From: Lama guanicoe
Taxonomy: Eukaryota
Assembly: GCA_013239625.1 (NCBI GenBank)
Contig: MU056050.1
Span: 3,954,084 to 4,018,083, forward strand
Direction: 5' to 3'
DNA length: 64,000 nt
Shown here: one piece after another, positions 12,570 through 26,619 of the stretch
Position numbering within the stretch: the first letter of the stretch is position 1
How the letters are laid out: every line of letters begins with the position of its first letter
Translations under genes and position numbers: made by a program
The notes under the pieces: model-generated
Told to the model about the DNA's origin: nothing
Databases searched by the model: none
The model's input: the letters and a program-made list of their open reading frames with translations, nothing else

Positions 12570-13236
12570 TGTTACAAGAATTCTGAGAAATTCTGAGATG
12601 ATCCCCAAGATTCTTGTCCCTTCGTATATATGCCATGTATAGTCCCTTCCCCTTGAGTTGAGAAGGACTGGAAATATGATAGATTTTACTCTTGTAATTT
12701 TGTCATGTAACATTTTGTCATATAACAAAAGTGAAGGGACTGTGCTGATGTAATTAACCTCCCATAACAATTGACTTTTGAGTTAATAAAAAGGAAGATG
12801 GTCCTGAGTGGGCCTGACTCAATCAGGTGAGCCAAAAAAGGGACTGTGCCTTTCCTGAAACTAAAAGTTTGGAGCAAGTGAGAGATTTTCCTTCTGGCTT
12901 TGAAGAAAAAAACCTGCCATGTTGTGGAGAGATCCATGTGGGGGGAGAGAATGACTGGTGGCCTCAAGGAGATGAAATGACCCCCAGCTGACACCCAGAA
13001 AAAAAATGAGGATTTTAGTTCTACAACCTCAGGAACTGAATTCTGCCAAAAGCCATGTGAGCTTGGAAGAGAACCTCAAACTTCACATGAGAGTGCAGTC
13101 CCTTGCCCACACTTTAATTTCAGCCTGGTGAGACCTTGAGCATAGCTAACTCAGTTAACTCAGGAACCTGACTTATGGGAACTGTAAGATAATACATTTG
13201 TGGGAATGTGTTATGCAGTAATAGAAAATAAATATA
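12570..13236 (+). mobile_element. MaLR solo LTR (MLT1E-like)
   Basis: Starts aattctgagatgatccccaagatt, contains gggcctgactcaatcaggtgagcc and ggaactgaattctgcca, and ends tgttatgcagtaatagaaaataaatata. Confidence 0.85.
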
Positions 13237-13539
13237 TTTACCTAATCTGAAGAGATAATTTGATTTAGGATGTTAATTGGTAATAATAGTTTTGTATTAC
13301 CCTTCCCAAGTAATGTACCTTCAGCCAAGAAAAGCTGCATGGTAGAAATTGCAGTTGGTAAAAGCAGGAAAGTCAAGAGCAAAGGAGGCAACTTCTCAGT
13401 CCTCATTTGGGAAATCATGGTACTAAGTATTGAAAGTCAATCATTGAGTCTAAAATATATTTGTTTGTTTTAATTAAAAGAGGAATAAAAGGTAGGAAAA
13501 AGATTTAACAGCTTCAAAACATGCAAGAAAATGAGAAGA

Positions 13540-13720
13540 GGCAGCATGAGATAGTGGATTTAAAGAGCAGGAGCTATAGATTTGAGCTATGATACTGCCT
13601 GTAAGAAGCTATTAACCTGGGAAGACCTGTGAGATTCAGCCTCCTTTCTGGTAAACTCAGAGGATGAGACTATATGATTTATATGTCTCTTTCTGATATA
13701 AAATGCTGTGGCTCTTCTAA
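13540..13720 (+). mobile_element. MIR-family SINE fragment
   Basis: ggcagcatgagatagtgg...cagcctcctttctggtaaa...gagactatatgatt resembles a MIR core. Confidence 0.45.
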
Positions 13721-16700
13721 ATGAGGAAATCTGCTGAGATTTGATTTAATTACAAGGAAAGTTTTTGCAGACTACAAGAGCTTGGGAGGGTTTGAAGGAT
13801 GTTACATAGTTATAAATTTTACTAAAAGAATAGTATATTTGAGATATATAATATATTTATATGTGAATGTAATTATATATTATTGATGTATGGATAATAT
13901 AACCTAGTATTAATTATAATAATATCAAAACATATTATATATCACAGAATTTTAGGGCAAGAAGTACTTAGAGCCATCTCCCTGAGTCCTTTAACTATGG
14001 CCTTTAATCATCTCAAATATATATACCCTGAATTTCTGCAATGTTTATCTTTGTGACTGAAACACAAGATTGTCTGATTCAGTCAGAGAAATGTCAAGGC
14101 AGTAAAAGTCCTACGTCTTCTCCAAATGCCCTATAACCCGCCACCCCCGAATGAGATGATAGTCTTTCTCCAAAAAGCTGCTGTTTTCTAGACTTATGTT
14201 ATTTGAAGGGTTGAATTAAACATCTAGGGACAGTGTTTTCATGGACATAATCGAGTCCTTAATAGAACAAAAGGATGTTTTTCACCAAAAATGGGAAAAT
14301 ACAATGAGACCTGAAACTAGGAACAATATTTAGTTTTGCTGAATAACAGTCCCATTACTGAGTTCTTAATGACTGAATTATAAATAAACTTGACATAATC
14401 ATACATCAAAATTTTTATTCCACACTGCTCTAATTTTTAACAGCCAGTTGGTTATCTTAATGATAATTAACATACTAAAAGTACATTTAACAGGACATTA
14501 TAGTAGTAACGAATCAGTGAAAACAAGGAAATTCAAAAATGAATCTAATATTTCATTCTTTAACTATATTGGCTCAAGCTTAACTCATGGAGGCATTAGA
14601 ACTGGAAATCTCCAATTAGATCAGAAATCTTTTTCCCTAAACATGAAAAGAAGTAAGTGGAGGAATGCCATCTGCTATCTTCAGATATAAAAGAAAACAA
14701 ATTAACTCTTCAAGATTACTTTAAAGTATGGTATGGTATTTTAGTGCATACTCTGGGTTTCGTTTATGGTCCTGCCAACTGGAAAATCATACACAATGCA
14801 AAAGAGGTAATAACTTGAAAATATTACCATTTGTACCCCATGTCTAAGGTCTGGTCCTAGGAAAAATTATGAAATAAACGAAGTTGTCCACTTTGATTAC
14901 TTTTACCTTTCTTCTCCCTTTTTAACTCCAGTATTTTATCCAAGATCTCTTAGATGCCTTGTGGTGTTTTGAACAACTTGACCATTTTAACAAACTATTC
15001 AAGTCTTACTGTAATTTGAAATGCTCCAAATGATTTTAACTCAATAATTGCCCAGTTTTATGAGTTTGGGGAACAGAGGCTAAATATGCATCTGTGTATG
15101 GTGTGTATGTGTTTTTGTGTGTATAAAAAACAGCATTGCACATCAACTTGGTGGATGGCACCCTTGATTTGAGCAGTATGAATGAATCTTTGTGCAGAGA
15201 ATATGCAAATTTTGGAAACTGGCCAATTCCAAAAGCCTCATTGTTTCCTCAGACTATCTGCAAGGACAGTATTAGGCAGGGACTCACAGTCTGCTTCTGG
15301 CTAATTAAAACCGACAATAGTTATTTGCATCCTCAGAGCGTGAAGTGTGTTAATTATATCTTAAGTGTGTGCACTTTGTGCATAAAGGATTTGTATTTCA
15401 GACAAAATTTTGAAAAGAGAAATATATTGAATATAATATTTCTGAATTTCAGAATATGGGAAGCATATTAATAAAAATCATGTATTAATTTTATATAACC
15501 ATTTCATAGGTTTCTTTTTGAATAAAAATGCAGATAAGATTAAACACATTTTGGTCTGAAAAGAAAACATTGTATACAATAGATTGGGCATTCATTTCTG
15601 GATAGAAGGAAAATTGCTTAGGATGTATACAGAATATTGCTTAAGACAACAAAATATTCCATCGAATGGAGTTTTTATAGGAGATATATATTTTTCAATG
15701 TAATAAGATACAATGTGGGTAATATCAGGACATTGTATTGGTCATTATTTAATTTTCATAGTGTAACTTTTTTTAAATGGAGCTAAAAATCCAATGCCAT
15801 TATAGACAGACAATAACTACAAAATGGAAAGGGAACTAGTTACTGAATAATGCACCAGTTACAGAGGTTTTCAATGGACTGTTCACTGCCTGTAAAGAGT
15901 GCAGACTGACTATAAATAAATAAACTCCTTGGTGCAACTGTTCCCTTCACTTAGTGGCACGAATAGCAAGCTCACCCTGACTCACCTCGCTGATGGGGAC
16001 TGAAAGCAGTGATGCATGTCTTATATTATCAGAAAAAGTTCACATAGTAAGTGCAGATATTTCAGATGAAGAAAGACTGTTTGGTTTGGTTTTTAGCATG
16101 TTTGGTAACGAATATTCTTTTAAAAAGGGTACTTGGTCACTTAAGTATAACAAGACAAACAGAAAATAACAAAAGCAAATGTCATCTACTCCCAAATTTT
16201 ATTTATAGTTTGGGGCAATTTGACATTATAAACTTCAATCACTTAGGTGAATGTTCTCATCTGAAGCATATAGCATCTCTACCCCACTGCTATTAAGATG
16301 GTTGCGAAAGCATATTTGCATTTACATGCTCTCTGGAGCATGACCTGTACTCTGCAGTTCAAATGAGAGAATTTTCTGCAAGGTTCCCAATGATTACTGT
16401 CAACATGATAGGATGATATCCAGAATTATTCAGGGGATTTTATTGGTAGCTTTCAGTTTTTATTCCTTCATGATTCATACATCTATATTGGAAGATCATG
16501 TGATAATCGACTGAAATTTGAGTTCCTGGAAAGAAGAAATTGAAACTACTAGGTCATTTAGGACTAGGGGAGTTTTTGGTTTTATTTTTGTTTTTTTTAA
16601 CCTTTCAATATGGAGTGGAAATGCTATTTGGAAAAAAAATTTTTTTTTGACAACTCTTAGAAAGAAAGAAATGTTTAAAAATTTCTAACCTACAATTTTC

Positions 16701-18609
16701 ACCTGGTCTTGAGGCTTCTGGTAAAAGAAGTTACAAAACCCCTGTCTATGGGTTTTGTAAGCTTCAGACAGCTTTTATTCAGAACCAGCAGATCTCCTTC
16801 TCAAACGTCCTTAGTCTATGAAAGTAAGCTTTAAGTGCCTTGCCGGCATTCAAAACTGTAATCTAGGTTCAGAGAAATACTAAGACATAGGATATAACAG
16901 AGGTAAAGATACTTTCTGATTAATGTAGTAGTTGGAAGTAATGTCTGGCAAAAATAAATTCCAGAACTATTTTTATTATTGCTTTGTTCAGGAAAAGAAA
17001 AATCTGTAAAAGGATATGAGCAAGAGAGCATGAAGCTCAGCAACCTACTGAGCCAGACATATAGAAGCTGAGAGATGGGATTAAGGTCAAAAGACAAAGA
17101 GGCATGGTAACTAGTGGCTGAAATGAAGAGCCCATCATTGTGTTCCAAACCCTATTTAGGTCTTTGGATGGAAAAAGACTTCTGATATGGGGGTCAAATA
17201 AGGGACAGTCCTCCAGAAGATGACATTAAACTGAGGCTGAGGAATAAGTTTTCCTTTAATGAATCACCTAACCACTGACATAGGGACATACTCTGCTTTT
17301 AAAAGTCTTCTAGGTCAGCTCTACTGAATGAAATATAATGATGTCTCAAACTTACCTTACAGTGACCTTCTTTGTCATACCTCGGTTAATAACCATACTG
17401 TAAATGCCCTATATAGCTGTTATTGAATTCTCTTTCTATATACCTTGATAATAAATTACCTATATATCAAAAGACTGCCTCACACAGAAAGTTTCTTTAT
17501 ATGTGAAGAACAGTAAGAGTATTTCACTATTTACTATTAAAATAGATCCATTAATTCTAAAGTAAATATTACAACATGATGTTAGTATAAAATGTGAATT
17601 CGTTTAGAAAATATATTGAACAATTCCTTATCAACAATTAGCATTAAGTAACACACAACCTTACTTTCCTTTTCTTCTGCCAATGCCATACAAACATGAT
17701 ACATGAATTTTTATTAAATAATATATAGAATTTATTTAAGATGAAAAAAATACTTCCCTCAAGTTTAGGCTTTCAGATAAACAGAATAGTTTTGGACATG
17801 CACACTTTTGAAATTAGAAAGTGATAATGACAGTTTTTAATTTGAAAAAACTTCACATTCATAGAATATGACTTCAGCTATTTTTGTTTGTTTTTAACAT
17901 CATATTAAAAATATGGAAGAAATAATCCAAGATATCGCTAGTAATAAAACTATTAGTATTTTTATCTTTTATGTGCTTTACAAATTTATAGAATGAACAC
18001 GCATTACATCTTTGGTGGAAAAAAATAAATTTTATTTTTGAAGTATATTTTAAAAACATTTTGACTTTGCTTCAAAATACTTCACGTTTTGAGGAGAAAG
18101 TATGAGAATTGAGTAGAGGGAAAGAAAAAAAGAAACTTAAAAAAAGAAGACAGACCAGTAAGAAAGGGTGGATCTTAGGGAAGAAGAGAGAAGGAAAAAA
18201 AAGAACTAATGTAAAGGGGTGGGAATTCAGAGGGGCAAATGCTACCAGGTGTGAAAGTATAGTGGTGTTATGCAAAGAAAACTGATTCTTCCTCAAGGGC
18301 CTTCCTATTTAGTTGGTGATATTTAATTTAAACTAATTAATTATGATTGAATCAGCTATCATCTTTCATCAAAAAAAAAATACAGTAGAGATGGAAAGTG
18401 AAGGAAATCCAAGTGGGGAAAGGAACATATGAAACCATAAAGTTAAGACTAAATAAAATGTGCTGGAGGGTTAGTAAAATAGCAGTTTAGGATAGAATGT
18501 TCCTACTTCCATATAGGATATTGGAAGTTGCTGTGAGTGTTAAGTGTGATAAAATCATGGGCCCTATGATTTGAATGGTACTGATTTCAAGCAAAGATAT
18601 ATTTATTTA

Positions 18610-18735
18610 TGCATTCATTCACTCAAAAACATTTATTATTACCAACCACTATCTGCCAAACACTCTTGTAGGCACTGGGGTTGTAAGAATCGACAAGACA
18701 GAGAAATCCCTGCCTTAGTATGATTGTATTCTAGC
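18610..18735 (-). mobile_element. L2 LINE 3' end
   Basis: cattcattcactcaaaaacatttatt...gccaaacactcttgtaggcactgggg...acaagacagagaaatccctgcc. Confidence 0.75.
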
Positions 18736-20549
18736 AAATATATAATTAAAATACATTAAAATATATAGTAATATTTTATAGTTTAGTACATATAAAAGAC
18801 ATAGTACTTTGGATTTTTCATCATCATATGAAACAAGCACATAATCATCCCATGGCATCTCATAGTACATTGACCCTTGTTGGTGGATAACATCAATGAA
18901 AAGAGACTTTCATACAAGAGGTCACACATGGGCCTTGCCTTAGAACATTGGGTCTTAATGCTTTGCATTGTGTGTAAAACAAGAAACACTCTGTTACCAA
19001 GATTATCTGCCGCTAATTGGGATAATGAGCACTACAAATATGATCTACTTTCCATGTCAAAACAAAGAGAACAACAAGATGTCAGAGATGTCAAAACAGC
19101 CAGACACTATTTATTCTTAATCTCTTCACATCTTTGGCTTGTTGAAATTGAGTTTCATGAACTTCTGGAACTGAATATAGCTGTAGACTCCTGCCCAGGA
19201 ACATAGTCAAGGTGTGTTTGGTGGAGAGGCAGATGATAATACAGAAAAGTGTTAGTGAAGTTTGCCTGCTAGCATTTTAAGTTTCCATTAGCATTTCTGT
19301 GTAATTCTATGCACACATCTAGATATGAATCTCTCTCTGAGGCTATACTCGGAAATGACTTACTGTAAGCCAGAAAGTACATGACTCTTGTATGTAACCT
19401 ACACAAAAATCAATTTTCATTAACAAGAGCCTTGGTGTGCAATAGGGAGTGAGAAGTTGCTATATGGAAAGATTTTTCACTTATTTATTTATTTTTAAGA
19501 TAGAACAAGAAAGAGGAAACATCACTAACATGATTGAAAAGAGAAGCACTCAGACAAAAATGCCTTACTATTTTTTCTCCTTTTTTCAAAACAGATGGAT
19601 GAAAACACTGGAGCAGCCCTTAGGCAGATTATTCAAGCAGATCCTGACAGTGGCAAGCACTTGGGGGTTAATCTTTACAAAGAATAAATTAGTTTTGAAC
19701 AATTTCTCCTGTGTTCTGTATTAGGATCTAACATTCTTTTCTTAAATATCAGCCATCCCTGTCACTTTTTTTTCCTCTACTTGCTTTTGGAAGTAGAGAT
19801 CCACAGATCCCAAAGCAGAGGACTTTTCTGTATTTTGTAATCGCTTGGTGCCCTTACTAGGCCGCTGAAGGAGAACTTGCTGAACAACACACAGATACCC
19901 TTTTTGTCTATTTCACCAACTCAGCAAACAACACATTTTCTTTTAGAAATCTTCTCCTATGTCAACTCTCTGCTAAAAATTTTGAAGAAGACCCTTCTTT
20001 TTAAAGATCCTGCTTATTACTTATTGCTACTTTTTAAAGAACCCCATTTTCAATCTCTTTCAGTGTTCCAGTTCAGGGTACATTCTACATGTCTTCAGTG
20101 TATACTGTACAGGTCATAACCTAATTTCAAATTACAGTTAATGGGAAAATTAACCAGTTTTTTCCGACATATGTTAAAGATGCCTATGCAGTGCTGACTG
20201 GCACTCAGTAAGCATGTAATTAATGCCTGTTGAAAGAAAGCTGCACTTGACGAAAATAAATTCACAATATTATTGCTAAATTTGAATTATCCACAATCAC
20301 TATTCACGTACCACATATTTCTAAGCACAGGTATCAAGAGAAGTTTCTCTACTTGTTATATGCCGCATTAATAGTTATAAAGTCACAAACAACATTTAAA
20401 GTAGAGGAAATGCCAACATTACTTATACATGCCTCTAAAATAGACATGGCTTTTATTTTCTTCAATAGATTTTCCCTTCTGAGCCATGGTTTGCTTAAGG
20501 GATTATTAATTTTACTCACTGGAGCAAAGTAGCATTGGATTTCCCAATC

Positions 20550-21030
20550 ATTAATTCACTGACCTTTTATTAGACACCTGCTCTGCGCCATGCTTTTTAA
20601 TAGGTAGTGAGTATGAATAATGTGAATAAAGCCGCCTCTACACTCATAATGCTAACATTGTAGTTGAAGTGACAGATATAAAAATAAATAATAACAAAAC
20701 AATGTAATAAGTGATAAAGTAGAGAGATTTCCCCCCTCTGCCTCTGTCTCCAGTAAACAAAGGTCATGGGGTATTGTGGATTAATTCTGTTATCGTGGCT
20801 GGGAGTTTAGAAGGTTCTTCAGAGGACGAATTATATGAACTGTGAGTTAAAAAATAAATACACTTGGAAGTTGAAAAAGAGGTTTGAAGTGATATGAAAG
20901 ATATTTTAAGTAGAGGGAATAAAACATTCAAACAATGGAGAGAAATGTCAGAGAGAAGAAGTATAATAGTTTGATAGCTGCAGGGAGAAGCTAGCATGAA
21001 ATATTTTTCTTGGGGAATGCACAGCAGATA
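20550..21030 (-). mobile_element. L2 LINE fragment
   Basis: ttattagacacctgctctgcgccatgc...aataaagccgcctctacactcataatgctaacattgtag, followed by a purine-rich L2-like body. Confidence 0.5.
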
Positions 21031-21038
21031 TTTGAATC

Positions 21039-21063
21039 TGTGTGTGTGTGTGTGTGTGTGTGT
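21039..21063. repeat. (TG)n microsatellite
   Basis: Read directly from the sequence. Confidence 0.97.
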
Positions 21064-23579
21064 CCACATGCATGCTGCATTTGTGAGTCTTTGTGGATAA
21101 GTAGAGGGTGATATGTATATAACTGAAGCCTGTTTCATATGTTATGTGTCATTAAAGTATCTAAGTTCTTTCTGTTATATGGTATTTATATCCACATATA
21201 AGGAAAGAAATACTATCACATATAATTTGCTTTTTAAGTTAAGAGAAGCAGTTAAAAAAGGTACCCTTAGATATAGTAGGGATAGAATGATGATGGTTAT
21301 TTATGCATCGATTTAAGAGAAAACCATTCACACTAGTTATCTTTTACTTTAAAAAATAAACTAGCAACTCAGTATTTTCTAAAGTGTTTTGAAATAGTGA
21401 AAAATAATTCATATTCTTAACAAAACTCTGAGATTTGGGTTGGACATTCGAAATTTTAAATATATTTTCTGATATGAACAGTAGCGGTAAATATCACTGA
21501 TAGGAAGACTAATCCTTCCCCTACTATGCTCATGCCTCCCCTGAAGTCCGTGCCCTGTATTGAATGACAGTATTTTACACTTCCTAAACCGTATCCTGAA
21601 AATTCAGGCTATGACACTTCTTATGATGTCACTAATGTCCCAGATTGATATTCTGCGTTTTCACCCATGATTCCAACTGCTTGCAAGAGATGGGCCTAAA
21701 TAATGCTTGCTCCTAAGTCAATTATTTGAAAATAGAACCCATAATGTGAGATTTACTATGATACTCTCAACTTTGTAGTGAATTGAAATGTTTGTAGTGT
21801 CTGTAAAATTGACTGATAGTTTCTCATACCGCCAGCAGTTCTACAGAGAATAAGACTTTTATGTTCAGAAAAGGAGCAAGGTCAAACAACTACAAAAGGT
21901 GGACTGGAAATGCTACTTCTGATTTTGTAAAAATACTGAAAGCAGCTTATACAAATGCTTTGCTTCAAGAAAGTGAATGTGTGGGGAGAAGGAGAATGAT
22001 GGCAGAAAGGGAGCAAGATAAGGAAAACCAGATTCATGGGGCACTGGTCTGGAAAATAAATAGATGCAAATTGGTTTAGATGATCTAGTTAATGTCTTTT
22101 AATATTTTATTTGGGGAATGAGTGCATTGTTTCATATGTCCCATTTTGTCAGGTGCAAAAATAAACTACCATACATTAGGAAGCAAACACTAGTCAGGTA
22201 GGGAGAAAATAATATTCTTCTAATCCAGTTAGTATGTTTCTTCATTCCCTAGAACTGAGACTAAACTGTCAAATTGCATAAGGAAATACTTTATGCAAGG
22301 ATCGCAGAGTCAGTTCTCCCTCCTCTCATCACGTATATTAATGATCAGTGTAGAGTTTTCTCCTCTGTATGACTTTGGTAGAGTACATCGTTCTTCCCTA
22401 TGAGAATCAGAGAGATAACTCTGTTATGAGCTTCTTTTTCTCTGTATAAATATATTCCCTATAGTATCAAGGCCAAATATTAACATATTGAACAATTATT
22501 TCATAGAATTTTACTACTTTTTCCAAAAAAGTGTTGGAGTTCATTTCTCTAAGTATGTTCTTTTTAAAATCATTCCCACTTCCTCTCTCCAGATTTTAAG
22601 TCGTTAGGTTAAGTAATAACTCTTCTTTAGTAACATTCTCACTCAGTCTTGTCAGGTAGTCACTAGTTATATAGTATGTTATAATTCCTGACAGAGAAAT
22701 TTGTCCATTTGCTTGCTTCTGATTCCCATGATATCCCAATAATTGCATTGCACATTAGTAACTTTCTGGGCAGGCCTGTGGGGCTCCTCTACTGAGAGTC
22801 TTAATTAAACTCGTTCTAAATTAAAACAACCTTTGCTGAGACACTTGTCAGATCAGTTTTACAGGCTTGCCTGGTACACAGGAGGCAATGCCACAATCAG
22901 TGGAAGCACGACAGGGATCAGGACCTAAGCAGTATACTTGATGATTCACAGGGAGGTAATTTATTACACCCACTAGACCCGCTAATATGATGGAGGACAA
23001 GTAGGGAAGTAGGAGGATTAGCAATGTAAAATATTGGGACAAAGAATAAAAGTGATGTAATTTCATAGTGCTACTATGCCTCCCTCACCCCCAATAAATA
23101 AGCTACGAAAATAAAACAGATACCACAGCTTTATTTTATAGTGCTAAGAAGATGAAAGAACAGTTAGACATCTAGTCAATCTTCTGAGTTTTGGTTTATT
23201 GAGGTTAGTGCTGGTCCTTGTCTTCCAGGCCTTATCCACATTAAAAAAAATTATCTGTGGACTTCTTACCCCTTGATGATACCAGATCATGATCAAATTC
23301 GTCCTGTAAATCAGTGACTTCATTTTTCACTTGACCCAGGAAAACTGTTCTCAAGAAACTAATTAATCCCATTACACTAAGATATAAATGAATGACAAGG
23401 TTTAATTTACTAATTTCTTCATAGATATTTATATTTGACAGGAGGAAAAACCCCTGCTCAGTTTAAGCCCAAAATATGAAGCTGTAAATACAAAATTTCA
23501 AATTTGGCACACTTAACTGGGTCCGTGTTTCCTTCTGGAATGTCTTGTTTTGACTATAGGTCAACATTTTTCCTAGAAA

Positions 23580-25184
23580 TCTCCACAGCAAAGAAAACCA
23601 TCAACAAAATGAAAAGGCAACCTACAGAGTAGGAGAAAATATTTGCAAACCATCTCTCTTATGCAGAGTTAATATCCCAAATATATGAAGAACTCATATA
23701 GCTCAATAGCAAAAAAAATCAGGCAATGCAAATGGTCAGAAGCTGATTTCTTGAATATGTGTAAGCACATTTGATTGTCCTTTAAATGACTGGATTATTG
23801 CATTCTGTTCATTCTTATTTTGTGGTTGGCTTTATTCCTTTGATAACTATGTAAGTTTAAAAAGCTAAAGCTGTAAACTGTTCTTAGAAACAATGAACAG
23901 TACATATATGTAAATTTTTAACAAATATCCAGAATAGATAAATCCAAAGAGAGAGAATTTATGTTGGTGGTTACCAGGGACTGGGAGGAGGATACCAATA
24001 GACAGACAGAAAGTGCTTAATGTGTAAGAGGTTTTATTTTGGGTAATAGAAATGTTTTGGAACTAGATAGAAGTGGTGTTAGCACAACATAGTGAATGTA
24101 TTGAATGCCACTGAATTGTTCATTTTAAAATGGTTATCTTCTAGATTGTGAATTTCACCTCAGTAAATTATTTAAATAAATAAATAATGAAATGCCAAAA
24201 AAACCAAAATGGTCAGAGGAACTAAACAGACATTTTTCCAAAGAAGACATAAAAATGGCCAATAGGTACAAGAGAATGTGCTCGACATCACTAATCATCA
24301 GGAAAATACAAATCAAAACCACAATGATACATCACCCCACATCAGTTAGAAAAGCTTTATAAAAAAGACAAGAAATGACGAGTGTTGATGAGAATGTAGA
24401 GAAAAGAGAATGCTTGTGCACTGTTGGTGGGAATGTAAATTGATGCAACCACTACGGAAAACAGTAGCAAATTCCTTTGAAAACTAAAACTAGAACTACC
24501 ACATGATCCAGCAATCCTACTTCTGGGTATTTAGCCTAAGAAAATAAATCACTATCTCAAAAAGATATCTACATCGTCATCTTCATTACAGCATTATTTA
24601 CAATAGCCAAGACATGGAAATAACCTAAGTGTCTATCAATGAATGAATTGATAAAGAAAATGTGGTATATATACAATGGAATATTATCCACCCATAAAAA
24701 AGAAGGGAATCTTGCCATTTGTGATAACATAGATGTACCTTGAGGGCATAATGCTAAATGAAATAAGTCAGACAGAGAAAGACAAATACCATATGATCTC
24801 ACTTACATGTGGAATCTGAAAAACCAAACTCATTGAAACAGAACAGGTTGGTAGTTGCCAGAGGCAGAGGAGGGACCTTGGGTAGATGGATGAAGGTGAT
24901 CAAAAGGTACAAACTTCCATTTATAAGATAAATAGATTTTGGGGATGTAATGTACAGCATGGTGATTATAGTTAACAATATGTTATTGTATATTTGAAAG
25001 TTTCTAAAAGAATAAATCTTAAAAAGTTCTCAAGACAAGGAAAAACAAACAACTGCAAGGTGATGGATGTTAATTAAACTTATTGTGGTAAATATATACT
25101 CTATATATAATATCATTATGTTATACACCTTAAACTAATACAATGTTATAGGTCAAATACATCTCAATAAAACTGGAAAAAAAA
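23580..25184 (+). mobile_element. L1 3' end (L1MA9-like; end of ORF2 and 3'UTR), interrupted by an insertion at 23741-24206
   Basis: cacagcaaagaaaaccatcaacaaaatgaaaaggcaacctacaga; tgtgcactgttggtgggaatgtaaattg; ends catctcaataaaactggaaaaaaa. Confidence 0.92.
23741..24206 (+). pseudogene. TSD-flanked retroposed insert: ~180 nt of non-L1 sequence, an L1MB-like 3' end and an A-rich tail
   Basis: Direct repeat aaatggtcaga at 23730-23740 and 24207-24217; the host L1 resumes after the second copy. Confidence 0.7.
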
Positions 25185-25214
25185 GACTAGTTCCAAGTTT
25201 GGTAAACATAAGTT

Positions 25215-25390
25215 AAATCTTGGCTCTTCCACTAATTGTGTGGCCTTGGACTCTTCTAAACCTCTGTCCTTACCTATTAATTGAGTATAATAGTTCCTTC
25301 CTCATTTTGAGTATTAATGATATAATACACAGGACTCCCTTACCTTTGAACCTGGCCCACAGTAAACACTCAAAAATGCTACCTGTAATT
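25215..25390 (+). mobile_element. MIR SINE fragment
   Basis: ggctcttccactaattgtgtggccttgg...cctggcccacagtaaacactcaaaaatgct. Confidence 0.6.
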
Positions 25391-25448
25391 ATTAAGCTTC
25401 ATTTACAGGTTGGGAGTACTTTCTAGGCACAACCTTTAATATAATATA

Positions 25449-25866
25449 CAGCTTTTCCTTGCTCTCTGAAAGTAGAGCTTTCCTATAGAACCTTTTATGA
25501 GCTGAAATGGTATAAAGCAAAGACGCAATTACCTTAGGACGCATCTTGCTAACAAATGCACTAAATAAATTGAGATAAGGTACAATACTCACAAACACAG
25601 TTCAAAACTATGGCAGCTTGATGCTGAGATGCTGCGTGTAGTTTTTCAGGAAGGAGCTTAGAGGTTCCACTCTCGCTGCTTGGGGTGCCCACTGCCTCTG
25701 TAACAGCTCACTATAAAACAAATGCTGAACACTATTTTTGCCTTTTATTGTAAAAGGGAAAATCCTCTTCGGATTTCTTTCAGTTAGAGAAAACAGGTAC
25801 TAATATAGGTCTTTTGCAAAAGCAAAGTGGCATAAAGCAAACTTTCGAAAAGCAGGGGCATACCTG
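25449..25866. mobile_element. Non-autonomous TcMar-Tigger DNA transposon (MER82-like)
   Basis: Ends are TA|cag...ctg|TA (TA target duplication), with imperfect terminal inverted repeats (cagcttttccttgctctctgaaagt / actttcgaaaagcaggggcatacctg). Confidence 0.8.
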
Positions 25867-26619
25867 TATAGTGCGTAGATTTATTTTTAAAAAACTGTAT
25901 GTGGGAAATAATATTTTCATACCTTCTATATGAGACCTAATAATTAATTTTTGTTGCTTTATAGTAAATAATGTTTTTTTGTGAAATACCAACATAACAT
26001 AAAACAAAATTTTGTCATAGTAGCCCATGCCTTTATTTGGTTTCGATCTACTAGATTATAATTTATAATTTAGCAATTTATAATCCTCTTCACTGTGTTA
26101 AGTTTTTGTATAGAAAAAACAACAATAATAACTTCTGTTTTTCTCCTGGAGAAGTATAGTTAAGAAAGAATGATATACTGTTAGTAGGTAAAATATTTTT
26201 TGAAATGTCTCCTAAGTTACGTTTATTTATTGGAAGGCCAGTCTCTCTTTCACACCTTGCCATCAAGTTGTAGTCATGAGATTGGATTAACAGAAGCAAC
26301 ATGTGATATTAAGTAGGTAGAAAAACTGAAGCTTGTTTCCTTTGACCCAGGCATACTAGAGAGAAGTACTTGATAAGCAGAAAGTGGAATTCCTGTTCTC
26401 ACATCATAGGGGATTCTGGAGAAAACATGATAAAATCATCTGCATAAAGTCAGATGTCAGGTTACTTGTTCACATCCTCTGCTCCCTCCTCTTTTTGATG
26501 CTGAACTTCAAGTTGGGTATTTATGTGTCTGTTTGGGGAGGTTTTTTAGAGATATCTAAGTAGGTGTGCAGGAGATTGAAGGTAGCAGGCCTAGAGCCCC
26601 ATTTTCTCAAATATGGTGG

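Noticed and set aside
15975..17360. Consensus minus-strand donors GAG|gtgagt (~15985) and AAG|gtaagt (~17355)
   Set aside because: No matching strong acceptor or recognisable reading frame; isolated donors are common.
22865..22955. 91-nt plus-strand exon candidate (ttttacag|...GAG|gtaatt)
   Set aside because: Short pyrimidine tract with AGs just upstream, not frame-preserving, and an unrecognised peptide.
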